Assembly: GCA_963668175.1 (NCBI GenBank)
Contig: OY764159.1
Location: 1,856,001 to 1,920,000 of the forward strand
Origin: Syntrophales bacterium
GTDB taxonomy: Bacteria; Desulfobacterota; Syntrophia; Syntrophales; PHBD01
Direction of reading: 5' to 3'
Length of the DNA: 64,000 bases
Every line of letters starts with the position of its first letter. The stretch's first letter is position 1. Below, in pieces: positions 48,401-56,837 of the stretch. The translations under genes were made by a program, and so were the position numbers. Below the pieces are notes generated by a model. That model was not told where the DNA came from. It saw only the letters and a program-made list of their open reading frames with translations, and did no database searches.

Positions 48401-51094
48401 GACGGCGAAGACGGGCTTCTGGTCGTGGACGTAGACCCGCTGCCAGGGCCGCCAGAGGTAGCGGTAGACCATGATATCAACCGTCGCCCTGCGGGGTTTT
48501 CCATTGTGGGAGATGGTCCGGATCTCGACGGCCTTCTTGTCGTCGGCGGCAAAAAATCGCTGACTGGGCCGGATTTTGATGTAGTAGTCTCCCCGGCCTA
48601 TCTTGACCGTGGAGCTCTCGGATACGCTCACGTTCGAGTTGTCGACGATGGTGATCTCCAGCGTAAGCTCGCGGTCGTAGGGGAGGTCGCCGCAGGCTAT
48701 CTTCAGCTTGGCGATACCGTCGTTATCCAGGTACTTCTCGCCCTCCAGCTTGATCTTGTTGTAGGCGCGCGGCGCCTCCTTGTCTTCCTCCCACCAGTAC
48801 GTCGTCTCTTCGTCCTGGAGTTTGCGTTCGTAGAAACGATACCTGGCGAGGGCGCCTTTCAGGGGGGAACCGAAGAAGTACTTCGCCTCTACCTTAAATT
48901 CCACCGTTTCCCGATTGACGTAGAATTCCTTGGCGGCCGAAACGTCCACCTTGAATTCCGGCTTCCGGTACTGGTCCACGTAGAATTTTCCTTTGCTGTA
49001 CAACTGCGATTCTTTCCAGCCCGCCCTTATCTCGTAGGTGCCCAGGCGGGTGTCGGCGGCCAGTTGCAGGTTCTTCTTGAACGTGCCCCACCGGTCGAAC
49101 GAGAAGGTGCCGTGGTCGACCACGGCGTTGACGTCCGTGTTGACGATCTGGTAGAGGAGCTTCCTGCCCTTGAGGGGGGACGGGGCCTTCTCCATCGATT
49201 TGCCGACGAATTTATAGTGGACCTTGTCGCCGGCGCGATAGACGGGGCGGTCGGTGTAGATGAATATTTTATCCTTCTCCTGCTGAAATTCCTCCTGCGA
49301 TCCGGTCCTGCTGAAGGCGTAACTGCCGTCCGCGGCGACGGCCATGACGGCCAGCATCTTGCCCGGCGGCACCGGGAAGCGGATCGTCCCGTCGTCGCCC
49401 GTCTTCCCCTGGGCCAGAATGTCGACCGGCAGTTCCTCCAGCCGGGAAGGCGGAGAATACATGGCCTTTCTCTTGTCGCTCCGGGCGGAACGGGCCGGCC
49501 GCTCTTCGTCGCCCTGGTCGTCGTCGTCCGCCCGGGCCGGGGCGATTTCTTCGTCGCGGCTTTCCCCCTCCCGATCGTTCGCCTGTTCGTCTTCGTCCGG
49601 CTGTGCGGGAGCGACGCTCTCGTCCCTCGCCGGTGCTTTCTCGGCCTTCGTTTTCTCCTTGACCGTCACGTCGTAGAGGACGACCGGGGCCCCGGAGACC
49701 GGCCTGTTGCCGGCCAGGTCCGTGGCATAAACAAGGACGGAACTCAGCGAGCGCTTGACGACGATGCCGAGGGACGTGACGCTGAAAATCTTCCTGCTGA
49801 TCGTCCTGTCTTCCCCGCTCGCTTCGATGCAGTAGCTGCCTGTCGGCAGACTCTGGGCGATATCGATATGCTGTTCGCGCCAGTCGTACGGCGCAAAATC
49901 CCTGACCCCTTCCTCCCATTCCCGGACGAGTTGCAGGCCGTCCCTTGCGGGCTGCAGGTTCGCCGCGTCGATTCTGCCCTTGAGGACGATATCGATGGGC
50001 ATCCGGAAGATGCGGACCTTGAATTTCTCCAGCCGGAGCGTCCTCAGGTTAAAGGATATCTGCTGGCCGATGACGAAGGTGTAGCGGTCCGTATAGACCT
50101 CGACCTCCGGATTCCTGGCGGTCAGCGAATAATCGGCATTCTTCCGGACCTGCCCCTCCCTGATAGCGATCGGTTTGGTCTCGAAGCCCTCGAAGCCCCT
50201 GTGAAGGAAGGAGAGCTTGTAATTGCCCGGCTTGATGTCGTCGATTCTGTACGTGCCGTCCTGGTAGGAGGCGGTGGCCTGGGTTGAAGATCCTTCGAGG
50301 CGGACGTCGATATTCGCCGCCGGCGCATCGAGATCGCGGATCGTGAGCTTCCCCGAAACGGATGCGGGCCGGTACATCAGCATCGGCAGCGCCAGAGATT
50401 CCCCGGGTTTGATCTGGCGTATCTGGGCGGTTTCGGCGATGTAGCCCTGTTTTGTAAAGGTCGCGAGATAGCGTCCCCCCGCGGCGATTTTATTGAATCG
50501 GTAGCCGCCGTCTTTGCCGGTCGTGACGAACCGGGGCCTTTCCCCCGAGTAGCCGCCGTCGTCGTCGCTGCTTCCTTCGTCATCGTCGTTGCTCTGCCTT
50601 GCGGAGACGTCGGCGCTGTTCAGTTTCACTTCGACGCCCGGAAGGGGTTTGTGGGCGGAATCGGTGACCACGCCGGATAAGATGCCCTCGCGATCCAGGG
50701 CGAAGGTGTATTCGCCGGGCTGGATGTTTTCGGTCTGCAGGCGGGTGATGTAGCCGTCGGCGGAAACTTCGATCTTGTATGTGATGTGCCTGATGAAGTC
50801 GGCGATGCGGAAGCGGCCGGCCTTGTCGGTCTTCACGCGGTAGTAGCCGAGACCGAAACGGGCGTTCTTCATCTCGACCGTGGCGTTCGTCAGGGGTTCC
50901 TTCGTAGCGGCGTCGACAACGCGGCCGTAAATGACGTCATGACGGGAGAGGTCGCCGGCCTCGTCTTTCTGATAGACCTTTTCGTTTTTGGTCTGCTTCT
51001 TGTCCGCCGCGCTGCCGTGAGTCAAGAAGAAGCCGCACGACACCGCCGCAAGCATTGCGACGAGAACGATCCTGCCCCAAGCCCTTTTTTTCAT
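45425..51094 (-). CDS. Bacterial alpha-2-macroglobulin with N-terminal carboxypeptidase-regulatory-like (beta-sandwich) repeats
   Basis: YTDRPVYRAGD, YRKPEF, YFFGSP, FADTAYW, LPDNLTTWR, thioester PYGCIEQ, QNEDGSWGWW, EDYLPAGFE and MYEP; 1889 aa with an export signal. Confidence 0.93.
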   Translation of the reverse strand: MKKRAWGRIVLVAMLAAVSCGFFLTHGSAADKKQTKNEKVYQKDEAGDLSRHDVIYGRVVDAATKEPLTNATVEMKNARFGLGYYRVKTDKAGRFRIADFIRHITYKIEVSADGYITRLQTENIQPGEYTFALDREGILSGVVTDSAHKPLPGVEVKLNSADVSARQSNDDDEGSSDDDGGYSGERPRFVTTGKDGGYRFNKIAAGGRYLATFTKQGYIAETAQIRQIKPGESLALPMLMYRPASVSGKLTIRDLDAPAANIDVRLEGSSTQATASYQDGTYRIDDIKPGNYKLSFLHRGFEGFETKPIAIREGQVRKNADYSLTARNPEVEVYTDRYTFVIGQQISFNLRTLRLEKFKVRIFRMPIDIVLKGRIDAANLQPARDGLQLVREWEEGVRDFAPYDWREQHIDIAQSLPTGSYCIEASGEDRTISRKIFSVTSLGIVVKRSLSSVLVYATDLAGNRPVSGAPVVLYDVTVKEKTKAEKAPARDESVAPAQPDEDEQANDREGESRDEEIAPARADDDDQGDEERPARSARSDKRKAMYSPPSRLEELPVDILAQGKTGDDGTIRFPVPPGKMLAVMAVAADGSYAFSRTGSQEEFQQEKDKIFIYTDRPVYRAGDKVHYKFVGKSMEKAPSPLKGRKLLYQIVNTDVNAVVDHGTFSFDRWGTFKKNLQLAADTRLGTYEIRAGWKESQLYSKGKFYVDQYRKPEFKVDVSAAKEFYVNRETVEFKVEAKYFFGSPLKGALARYRFYERKLQDEETTYWWEEDKEAPRAYNKIKLEGEKYLDNDGIAKLKIACGDLPYDRELTLEITIVDNSNVSVSESSTVKIGRGDYYIKIRPSQRFFAADDKKAVEIRTISHNGKPRRATVDIMVYRYLWRPWQRVYVHDQKPVFAVKVETDAAGLAKVELPDRFADYGEYDIVAQGRDKRDNLIAASRVVWIYGLGAASVESRLKNLELSVSEADLEKPGEITCLVKSRYADSTLLLTVEGKDIHEQRLVRLKGHVAAVKLDIKKEYAPNVFITATMQRGRALFTSSTEVTLPNAGINLNIDLKADREKYLPGDKAKIRIKATDEAGKPVRADISLGAVDEAIYLIRRDHTPRMRDYFYAKNSNWVLTSYSYPFTVLAGAGKEGKVKIREKFADTAYWNGGIRTDANGSATVEFTLPDNLTTWRLTARGHDLGGKVGEKKSEILVTQDLIARIGKPRFFIEGDTLGLIGIVNSNTRRGLPSVTTEFKVDNLLVAPEQNVKMSLPAFGVASNYYNVKVPEGKADMALFFQAVADKQAKDALRIAVPVYSRGVEYKLYGVGDMGANKVVEMAPLKDTDDFVYRPSELVIALNPSPISQLLRGSEYLANFPYGCIEQTLNGFLPALALKDLLRQRGLAVTQDAKLDAKIKDGVRRIQNFQNEDGSWGWWSGDEGSEFVTGYVLFALSMAKDFKYAVDEARVEKALAAVDRMLQGHVVGGDDGRVFLFYAQTLWGRWNDGAFNEFIRKTNLNPYCRAYLIMAMANAEKIEMGKDRKAAVAAQMQPQLAALKAMQKRDRFGVYWTQADNHPWRWPGGDTEITAHVLSALAAARDNTTLPSQAVISLMKRGKSGAWKSTKETAAVIFSVCRYYRGLSKTAAEKGTAVFTMDGIKIAAIDYDEASLGHPDRLTKKIRLAQAAPEKNFRIEASGTAGADVSFNLTVNGNLYYRENRFLSFLKSGEEGSMFDRAGKAIGKMAESVLSVFSSEHKSLRALDNGLTLVRSYYHATRVRDVNNHEYLVPQFIDDKLGLAIGDEILVKIKFRAQDDLEYLVLEDYLPAGFEVVKKNVYDDYQPYAHSERWDNRMVFFLTKIRKGDVYEIGYTMRAELPGQFLAKPARMECMYEPTIQGWSAPAKFVVHKK

Positions 51095-51726
51095 TTCCCC
51101 ACCTTTCCTGGCTGCGATTTGATGGTTACGGCCTTAAACACGTTCAACTGCAAAATTTCCCTGCCTGAGAGCCTCCGCTTCAAATGCTCCACGCTCCCTA
51201 TCTCCGCCGGGACAAAGACCCATTTCTCGCCCGATTCGAAGGTGACCGCGACGCCGTCGTTCGCGGGGTCGATCCGGTCGATGTCGTCTACAGGGACCTG
51301 CCTGCCGGCGACGGTTACGACGATGCCCGCATCGGCCGCCTCGAAGGCTTCCAGCGGCCGGTAGCGCCTGTCCCGCTTCAGGGCGCCGCGCAGGTAGTCC
51401 CGGAGAAGCTCTTCGATCCTGTCGGTGCGGTGATCGAAAGCGCCGTAGCACCCCCGTACCCGGCCGTTCTTCATGACGGTGACGAAGATGCCGAATTGAC
51501 CGTAAAAAGGCGGCGCCGCGAAACCGGGAGGCCTGGTGCAGCGCGTTCCTGCGAGGATTGCCCCGAGGGAACAGCGCATCCAGGCGATCATATTTTCCGC
51601 CCCTTGCTCCCGGGCAAAAAGCCCCCACCGGGCAAACGGCTCCGAGTCTTCGCCGGCCCGCGATGGTAACGCGAGCGCAAGCAGAAGAAGACAACCCAGA
51701 AAAACGACGGCCGCCGTGTGCTTCAT
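51091..51726 (-). CDS. AMMECR1-domain protein with a signal peptide
   Basis: GIFVTV..NGRVRGCYG, D.RY.PL and GVAV...VFVP; hydrophobic N-terminus ending LPSRA. Confidence 0.75.
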   Translation of the reverse strand: MKHTAAVVFLGCLLLLALALPSRAGEDSEPFARWGLFAREQGAENMIAWMRCSLGAILAGTRCTRPPGFAAPPFYGQFGIFVTVMKNGRVRGCYGAFDHRTDRIEELLRDYLRGALKRDRRYRPLEAFEAADAGIVVTVAGRQVPVDDIDRIDPANDGVAVTFESGEKWVFVPAEIGSVEHLKRRLSGREILQLNVFKAVTIKSQPGKVGK

Positions 51727-52586
51727 TTGATGTACACCGGCGGGAAGAAGTCCCTGTACAGCAACGCCGAATCGACCAGCTTTTCCCCCGAGTACCGCTT
51801 GCGGTTCACGTAGACGGAGATGCCTTGCCTTACGGGGCGCGATCTATCGAGAATGGGAACGTCGACATCCTCCTCTTCCGTTACGATTTCGTATCGGTAG
51901 GGCAGGGGAGGGTCGGATCTTAACGCGACGGTGAGCGTCTTGTCCGTCAGGGTCGCTTCCATATAAAACGTCCGGTCGAAGGGGTTCTTCATCCGGAGGT
52001 CTTTCTTCCCATACATGATCGTGGCATCCAGGCCCAGCGGCGCGTAGGTAATCGGCTGGGAGTGCCGGTGGCGCTCGACGATCTGAAATCCCGCCAATAG
52101 CAGAGCATTGTAAGCCGTCGTGGAAGCCTGGCAGAGGCCGCCGCCGGGCTCCAACCGGGTTTCCTCCCGGTAGAGGACGCGCCCGTAGACGAAGCCGTTG
52201 CGGGCCGAGCCTTCGCCGACTGCGGCATTGAAAGAAAAGACCGACTTGGGCGGGATGACGTGGCCGTTAAGACGCCGGCAGGCGAGCTGAAGGTTGGTCT
52301 TGACCCCCTGGTCCTGGTCTTCTACGGACGTGACGTAGGAGGCCACGGCCGCGATATCCCTGTCTCCGGCCGCGACGCCCCGGGGAAACAAGGCGGCCAG
52401 GACAAGCAGGCCGAGGATGATTGCGCTCAAGCTGCGCTTCCGGTTGCCGCCGGGAATGAGGGGATGACCGTCCGGACACGGTGGGAAAGTGGACTTACGC
52501 GCGGTTTGTCCTGTAGAGAAAGTACGACAGGTCGGCCTTACGCCTCCGGTTTGAAATGCCGTATCGGTTTGGACGGCTCCATGCAT
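51723..52586 (-). CDS. VanW family protein
   Basis: NLQLAC..LNG.VI.P..VFSFN..VG, GGGLCQASTT.YNA, ERHRHS, YAPLGLDAT and DLRMKN. The true start is probably downstream of 52586, near the TM segment. Confidence 0.88.
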   Translation of the reverse strand: MHGAVQTDTAFQTGGVRPTCRTFSTGQTARKSTFPPCPDGHPLIPGGNRKRSLSAIILGLLVLAALFPRGVAAGDRDIAAVASYVTSVEDQDQGVKTNLQLACRRLNGHVIPPKSVFSFNAAVGEGSARNGFVYGRVLYREETRLEPGGGLCQASTTAYNALLLAGFQIVERHRHSQPITYAPLGLDATIMYGKKDLRMKNPFDRTFYMEATLTDKTLTVALRSDPPLPYRYEIVTEEEDVDVPILDRSRPVRQGISVYVNRKRYSGEKLVDSALLYRDFFPPVYIK

Positions 52587-52617
52587 AAATTCAGCAAAGC
52601 CCGACGGGAATGGATTC

Positions 52618-52718
52618 TTGTATATCTGAACTTGTAATACATATGACGTAAAAAGTCAATATTAAATTTATTTTGAACTTATATTAAACATATATTAAAT
52701 ATATTTATATAGATGTTT
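52618..52718. promoter_or_regulatory. AT-rich element with short direct repeats and a palindrome
   Basis: ATATTAAA at 52659, 52681 and 52692; TAAATATATTTA palindrome inside an AAACAT...ATGTTT inverted repeat. Confidence 0.55.
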
Positions 52719-53257
52719 CGAGGCATTGCCGGGAGGATGGGGGCGACTTCCGTTTGGCGGGTATTCATTCTCCCGGGCGATTCAAAATTGGGACAGCCAT
52801 AATTCTGCCGCGTCCGTGCCGGCGGCGGACGACGGGAAAGGGGTCATGGCTGCTTCGCTCCGTCCGAAAGAAACGCGAAAGGCCGCGCAGCGGGCGCCGC
52901 AACTCCTGCGCGGGTTGCGTGCAATCGCCTTGCCTTCTGTCCGGCGAGGCCCTCCATAGCATGTTTCCATGCTTATCGGCGCGTCTGCAAACGGCGAATG
53001 GAGGTTACGAGAGAAGCCCGTCGCGATTTACCGATGAAAGCCGCTACCACAGAAGGATCGGACGGAAAATCCATTCTACGAAGACGATACCGGTTGACTT
53101 GCGGCGGAACATCCTTTACATTTTTGACATCCCGTTCCCATTATTCCTGCGCTTGTTCCATCGGTCCTCAATCCCAAGGGGGCGCACCCCCGTTACGGAG
53201 GCGTACGGTGCCCCGTTATGAACGACGGGGCCGTATTCGGCAACGGACTGTATCGTC

Positions 53258-54556
53258 ATGGAAAAGCTGGACATCGACATCGCGAGGATCGCCCTGCCGG
53301 TCAGCCCGGTCATCCAGGCGGCCCTGCGCGCCATCTATGCCGGCGGCGGCAAGGGCGGCTGGTCGTCGGATATGTACGGCCGGCCCTTCTACCGGTACCG
53401 GACGCGCCTCGGGCACATCACTTTCTTCTGCTCGCCGCCTCCCGATTTCGAAAGGCGCTTCCATCCCTCCATCGCCATGTACTACGCGCCGCGCCTCGGG
53501 TTTGTCTATTCGGGCGGCCTGAGGGAGGCCGTCCATAACCTGTCCGTCGAAACGGCCGATATCTTCCTGATCCTGATGGCAAAGATCGCCCAGCTGAAGG
53601 ACCCGGGCAAGGATATCGCCTGGGTCAGCCTGGACGAAATATCCAGGATGCGGGGCGTCCGCGTCCGGCGCGGCAGCAGCCGGACTCTGCACGATGCGTT
53701 CAAGCAGGAGGTGCTGCGGCTGGCCGATCTTCGCCTTTCGATGCTCTGGAAGGACTACAGGGGCGGCGGCGAAATCGCCGTCGGCCGGGACCGCCCGGAC
53801 AGGCTGCTCGACATCCTCGACATCGAGTACCGGCGGGGCGGCGAGAAGTGGTCGTCTTTCCGGTTCCGCTGCGGGCAGGCCCTGGCCCACTTCCTCGATC
53901 CGGAGGGGCTGTACTGGCTGGGCTATTACAGCCGGTCGCTCCTCAGGCTCAGCCCCTACCACGAGGCCTTCACGAAGAAACTGGGGACCTACTGGATTCT
54001 CGTGGGGACGATCGCCGAAAAAAAGGGATCGCTGCCCCGGGCCACGCCCCGGACGATCCTCGATTTCTGCGGGGAAGCGGTGAACCGGAAACATCCCGGC
54101 CATACGGTCGACGCCTTCATCGAATCCCATCAGCGGCTCCTGGACCTGGGCGTCATCGAAGACATGCCCGTCCTCGAACCCCTGGCGCGCTACCGGGGCT
54201 ATTTCCGGGACTGGCTCGATGCGACGCTGACGGTGAAGCTCTCGGAAAAACTCTGGCGGATGTCGGAGGGGAGAAGGAAAACGCCTCCCGCCCTGCCTCA
54301 ACGGGCCGTTCTTTCCGGAAAGAGGCGCCGCCGCAAGGCGTCCGATTTTCCCGCGCCGAAGACGGGCCGTGAGCTGATGGCCGATCAGTCCGCCATCAGG
54401 CGCTTTCGCGCCGAATACTACTTCCGCCAGGACGAACTGGCCCGCGCCGTCGGCGTGACGAGACAGACCCTCTCCAAGTATGAAAGGGGATTAAGTCCCC
54501 TGCCGGAAAATGCGGCCGACAAGATCGCCGCCCTCTGGCGGAAAAAGGCCGGCTGA
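53258..54556 (+). CDS. Hypothetical DNA-binding protein: putative tandem winged-helix (Rep-like) N-terminus plus C-terminal XRE HTH
   Basis: C-terminal IRRFRAEYYFRQDELARAVGVTRQTLSKYERG is a clear XRE HTH. ADIFLILMAK..VSLDEISRMRG and TILDFCG..HQRLLDLGVI resemble wHTH modules (inference). Confidence 0.7.
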   Translation: MEKLDIDIARIALPVSPVIQAALRAIYAGGGKGGWSSDMYGRPFYRYRTRLGHITFFCSPPPDFERRFHPSIAMYYAPRLGFVYSGGLREAVHNLSVETADIFLILMAKIAQLKDPGKDIAWVSLDEISRMRGVRVRRGSSRTLHDAFKQEVLRLADLRLSMLWKDYRGGGEIAVGRDRPDRLLDILDIEYRRGGEKWSSFRFRCGQALAHFLDPEGLYWLGYYSRSLLRLSPYHEAFTKKLGTYWILVGTIAEKKGSLPRATPRTILDFCGEAVNRKHPGHTVDAFIESHQRLLDLGVIEDMPVLEPLARYRGYFRDWLDATLTVKLSEKLWRMSEGRRKTPPALPQRAVLSGKRRRRKASDFPAPKTGRELMADQSAIRRFRAEYYFRQDELARAVGVTRQTLSKYERGLSPLPENAADKIAALWRKKAG

Positions 54557-54880
54557 CGGTCCGTCTCCGGGCGCCGGCGGCTTCGTTTCGCGGAACCGGC
54601 GGCCCTCCCCGGGAGCCTTCGACATACCCATCGTGTCGTCAGAGTTCACCCATCGCGGCAGTTTGTTAACGGCCTTCCCCCGGCAAACCGGGACTGCGCC
54701 GCACGCCGGCCGGGAGCTTAACATGATTTATAAAACCGCCCTTTTCGTCCGCCGCGTCCCTGCTATCGTATGCCATCGTTACCCTCTTTCGTTTTGTGAA
54801 AACGGTATTCGTGTTTTCACGGCCCGGATGCCGCCGATAAACAACCGTGACGTTATCCGCGATGAAAAGGAGGTGGCGGC

Positions 54881-56056
54881 ATGGATCACGAAGCCCGCAT
54901 CCGCATTTTGCAGAACGCCCTCAGAAGCAGGCAGCTGGACGGGGCGCTCCTTCTTTATTCCCGCAATGTCCTCTACTACACGGGAACGGCCCAGCCGTCC
55001 TATCTGGCCGTCCTTCCCGACGATTACGCCCTCTTCGTGAGGAGCGGCATCGAATTCGCCCGCCGGGAAGCGGCGCTCGATCCCGGCAGGGTCAAGGAGG
55101 AGCGCAAACCGGCGAACGTCTTCCGGGAGATGTTTGCCGGGAAAAAAGAAGGCGGAATGAAGATCGCGACGGAGCTCGACATCGTTACGGCCGAACAGTT
55201 TGCCGACATGAAAAAGGACTTCGCCGGCGTCGGGTTCGCGAATGTCGCTCCCCTGACGCAGGAACAGCGGAAGGCCAAGGATGCCTCCGAAATCGAAAAG
55301 ACGCGAAAGGCCTGCGACGCGATCCACCGGGGGCACGAGGCCGTCCTCGCAACGCTCCGGGAAGGCGTGACGGAATTGGAACTGGCGGCCGCCGTGGAAA
55401 ACGCCCACCGCCTTGCGGGGCACGAAGGCATCTTTTTCATTCGTCTGCCCGATTTCTTCATGAGCCGCGGACCCATCTCGTCGGGGGAAAACCTCTTCAG
55501 GATCAGCGGCGTGGTTTATACAATCACGGGTGTGGGTCTGAGTCCCGCCGTCCCCGCCGGCCCTTCCCGGAAGAAGATCGCCCCGGGCGAGCCGGTGATC
55601 GTCGACATCCCGACCCTCGTCGACGGCTATCATGCCGACCAGACGAGGACGTACTGCCTGGGTAAGGCCCCGGCCGCCGTCCGCGCCCTCTACGGCGATC
55701 TCAGGGCCATAGCCGATTACCTGATCGACCGCATGAAGCCCGGCGTAAAGTGCAGCGAGCTTTACCGGATGGCCGTCGAAAAGGCGGAAAAGCTCGGCCG
55801 GGCCGGCCATTTTTTGAATTTCGGCGGGGGGAAGAGGTCGCGCCTCCTCGGCCACGGCATCGGCCTGGAGCTGAACGAACCGCCCGTTGTGGCCGAGTAC
55901 GAAGAGAGCGAACTGGGCGAAGGTTATGTAGTCGCCCTGGACATGCACATGATGGACGAGAGGGAAGGGGTTGTCAAACTTGAGGATATGATCCTGGTCA
56001 GGAACGGAGGCAACGAAATCCTGACGAAGAGTCCGAGGGAATTGATCGAAGTATGA
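54881..56056 (+). CDS. Xaa-Pro aminopeptidase family (M24B) protein
   Basis: NVLYYTG, RKAKD..EI, VIVD, GYHADQTRT, GHGIGLELNEPP and KLEDMI; AGGAGG RBS. Confidence 0.92.
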   Translation: MDHEARIRILQNALRSRQLDGALLLYSRNVLYYTGTAQPSYLAVLPDDYALFVRSGIEFARREAALDPGRVKEERKPANVFREMFAGKKEGGMKIATELDIVTAEQFADMKKDFAGVGFANVAPLTQEQRKAKDASEIEKTRKACDAIHRGHEAVLATLREGVTELELAAAVENAHRLAGHEGIFFIRLPDFFMSRGPISSGENLFRISGVVYTITGVGLSPAVPAGPSRKKIAPGEPVIVDIPTLVDGYHADQTRTYCLGKAPAAVRALYGDLRAIADYLIDRMKPGVKCSELYRMAVEKAEKLGRAGHFLNFGGGKRSRLLGHGIGLELNEPPVVAEYEESELGEGYVVALDMHMMDEREGVVKLEDMILVRNGGNEILTKSPRELIEV

Positions 56057-56081
56057 ACCTTAGCCGGTGTTAAGAAACCTG

Positions 56082-56123
56082 CGGGCAGGGGATGGGAGCC
56101 CGATGCCCCATCCCCCTGCCGCG
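56082..56123. terminator. Hairpin between convergent genes
   Basis: GGCAGGGGATGGG ... CCCATCCCCCTGCC. Confidence 0.55.
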
Positions 56124-56125
56124 GA

Positions 56126-56635
56126 TCATTTTTTGCATTCCCCGACGGACCCTTCCTTGCAGACGGTCCCGTCGGTCCAGATCGCATCGTCCAGGCGGGC
56201 CCCCTGGAACCTCGCGCCGCCGATGCTTGCCCCTTTCAGGTTGCACCGCATCAGGTTGGAATTGGTGAAGTTCGCGCCGGTCAGGACCGCGTCGTTCAGC
56301 CAGGCGTCGATCAGCCTTGCGCCGGTGAAATCGGTGTTGACCAGGTTGGCCTCCCGCAGGCTGGCCCTCATAAGATTGGCGCCCTCGAAATTCGCCCCGT
56401 ACAGGTTGGCCCCCTGGAAAGACCCGTTGGTGAGGGTGGCCCGGCTGAAATTGGCTGTGGCGAGATCGGCGCCGGATGCCGACACATTGGGCATGGTGGC
56501 TCCGGAGAGATCGCAGCGGGCGCAATTCTTTATCTGTTTGACCTGTTGGACATGGGCGCTGTTGAAGGCAAACAAAGGCGATACAGAAAGAGTAAAACAA
56601 ACGCATAGTATCCAAACGGCTCTTTTGACGACCAT
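56126..56635 (-). CDS. Secreted pentapeptide-repeat protein
   Basis: Signal peptide, C..CDLS, A(D/N)L/F.. repeats and a WTDG..C......C end. Confidence 0.9.
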   Translation of the reverse strand: MVVKRAVWILCVCFTLSVSPLFAFNSAHVQQVKQIKNCARCDLSGATMPNVSASGADLATANFSRATLTNGSFQGANLYGANFEGANLMRASLREANLVNTDFTGARLIDAWLNDAVLTGANFTNSNLMRCNLKGASIGGARFQGARLDDAIWTDGTVCKEGSVGECKK

Positions 56636-56837
56636 ACTTAAACCCTCCCTCTCTCAGGCGAATTTTCGATCAAAGGATTATCCGCTTTTGCTCCATGTGC
56701 GTTGCGCAAGGAGACATGGAAGGAACAAAGCGGATTACGACTGGATGCGGATCATATAACAAAGGCCGCTCTCAGGCAACCCAAAACGAAAGGGCGCTGA
56801 GAAATGGCGAGCGGTCTTCGGTTCGGCCGGTTCCCGG

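Noticed and set aside
52586..54880. Integrated plasmid or prophage around the Rep-like gene
   Set aside because: No integrase, att-like direct repeats, tRNA target or other mobile genes are visible.
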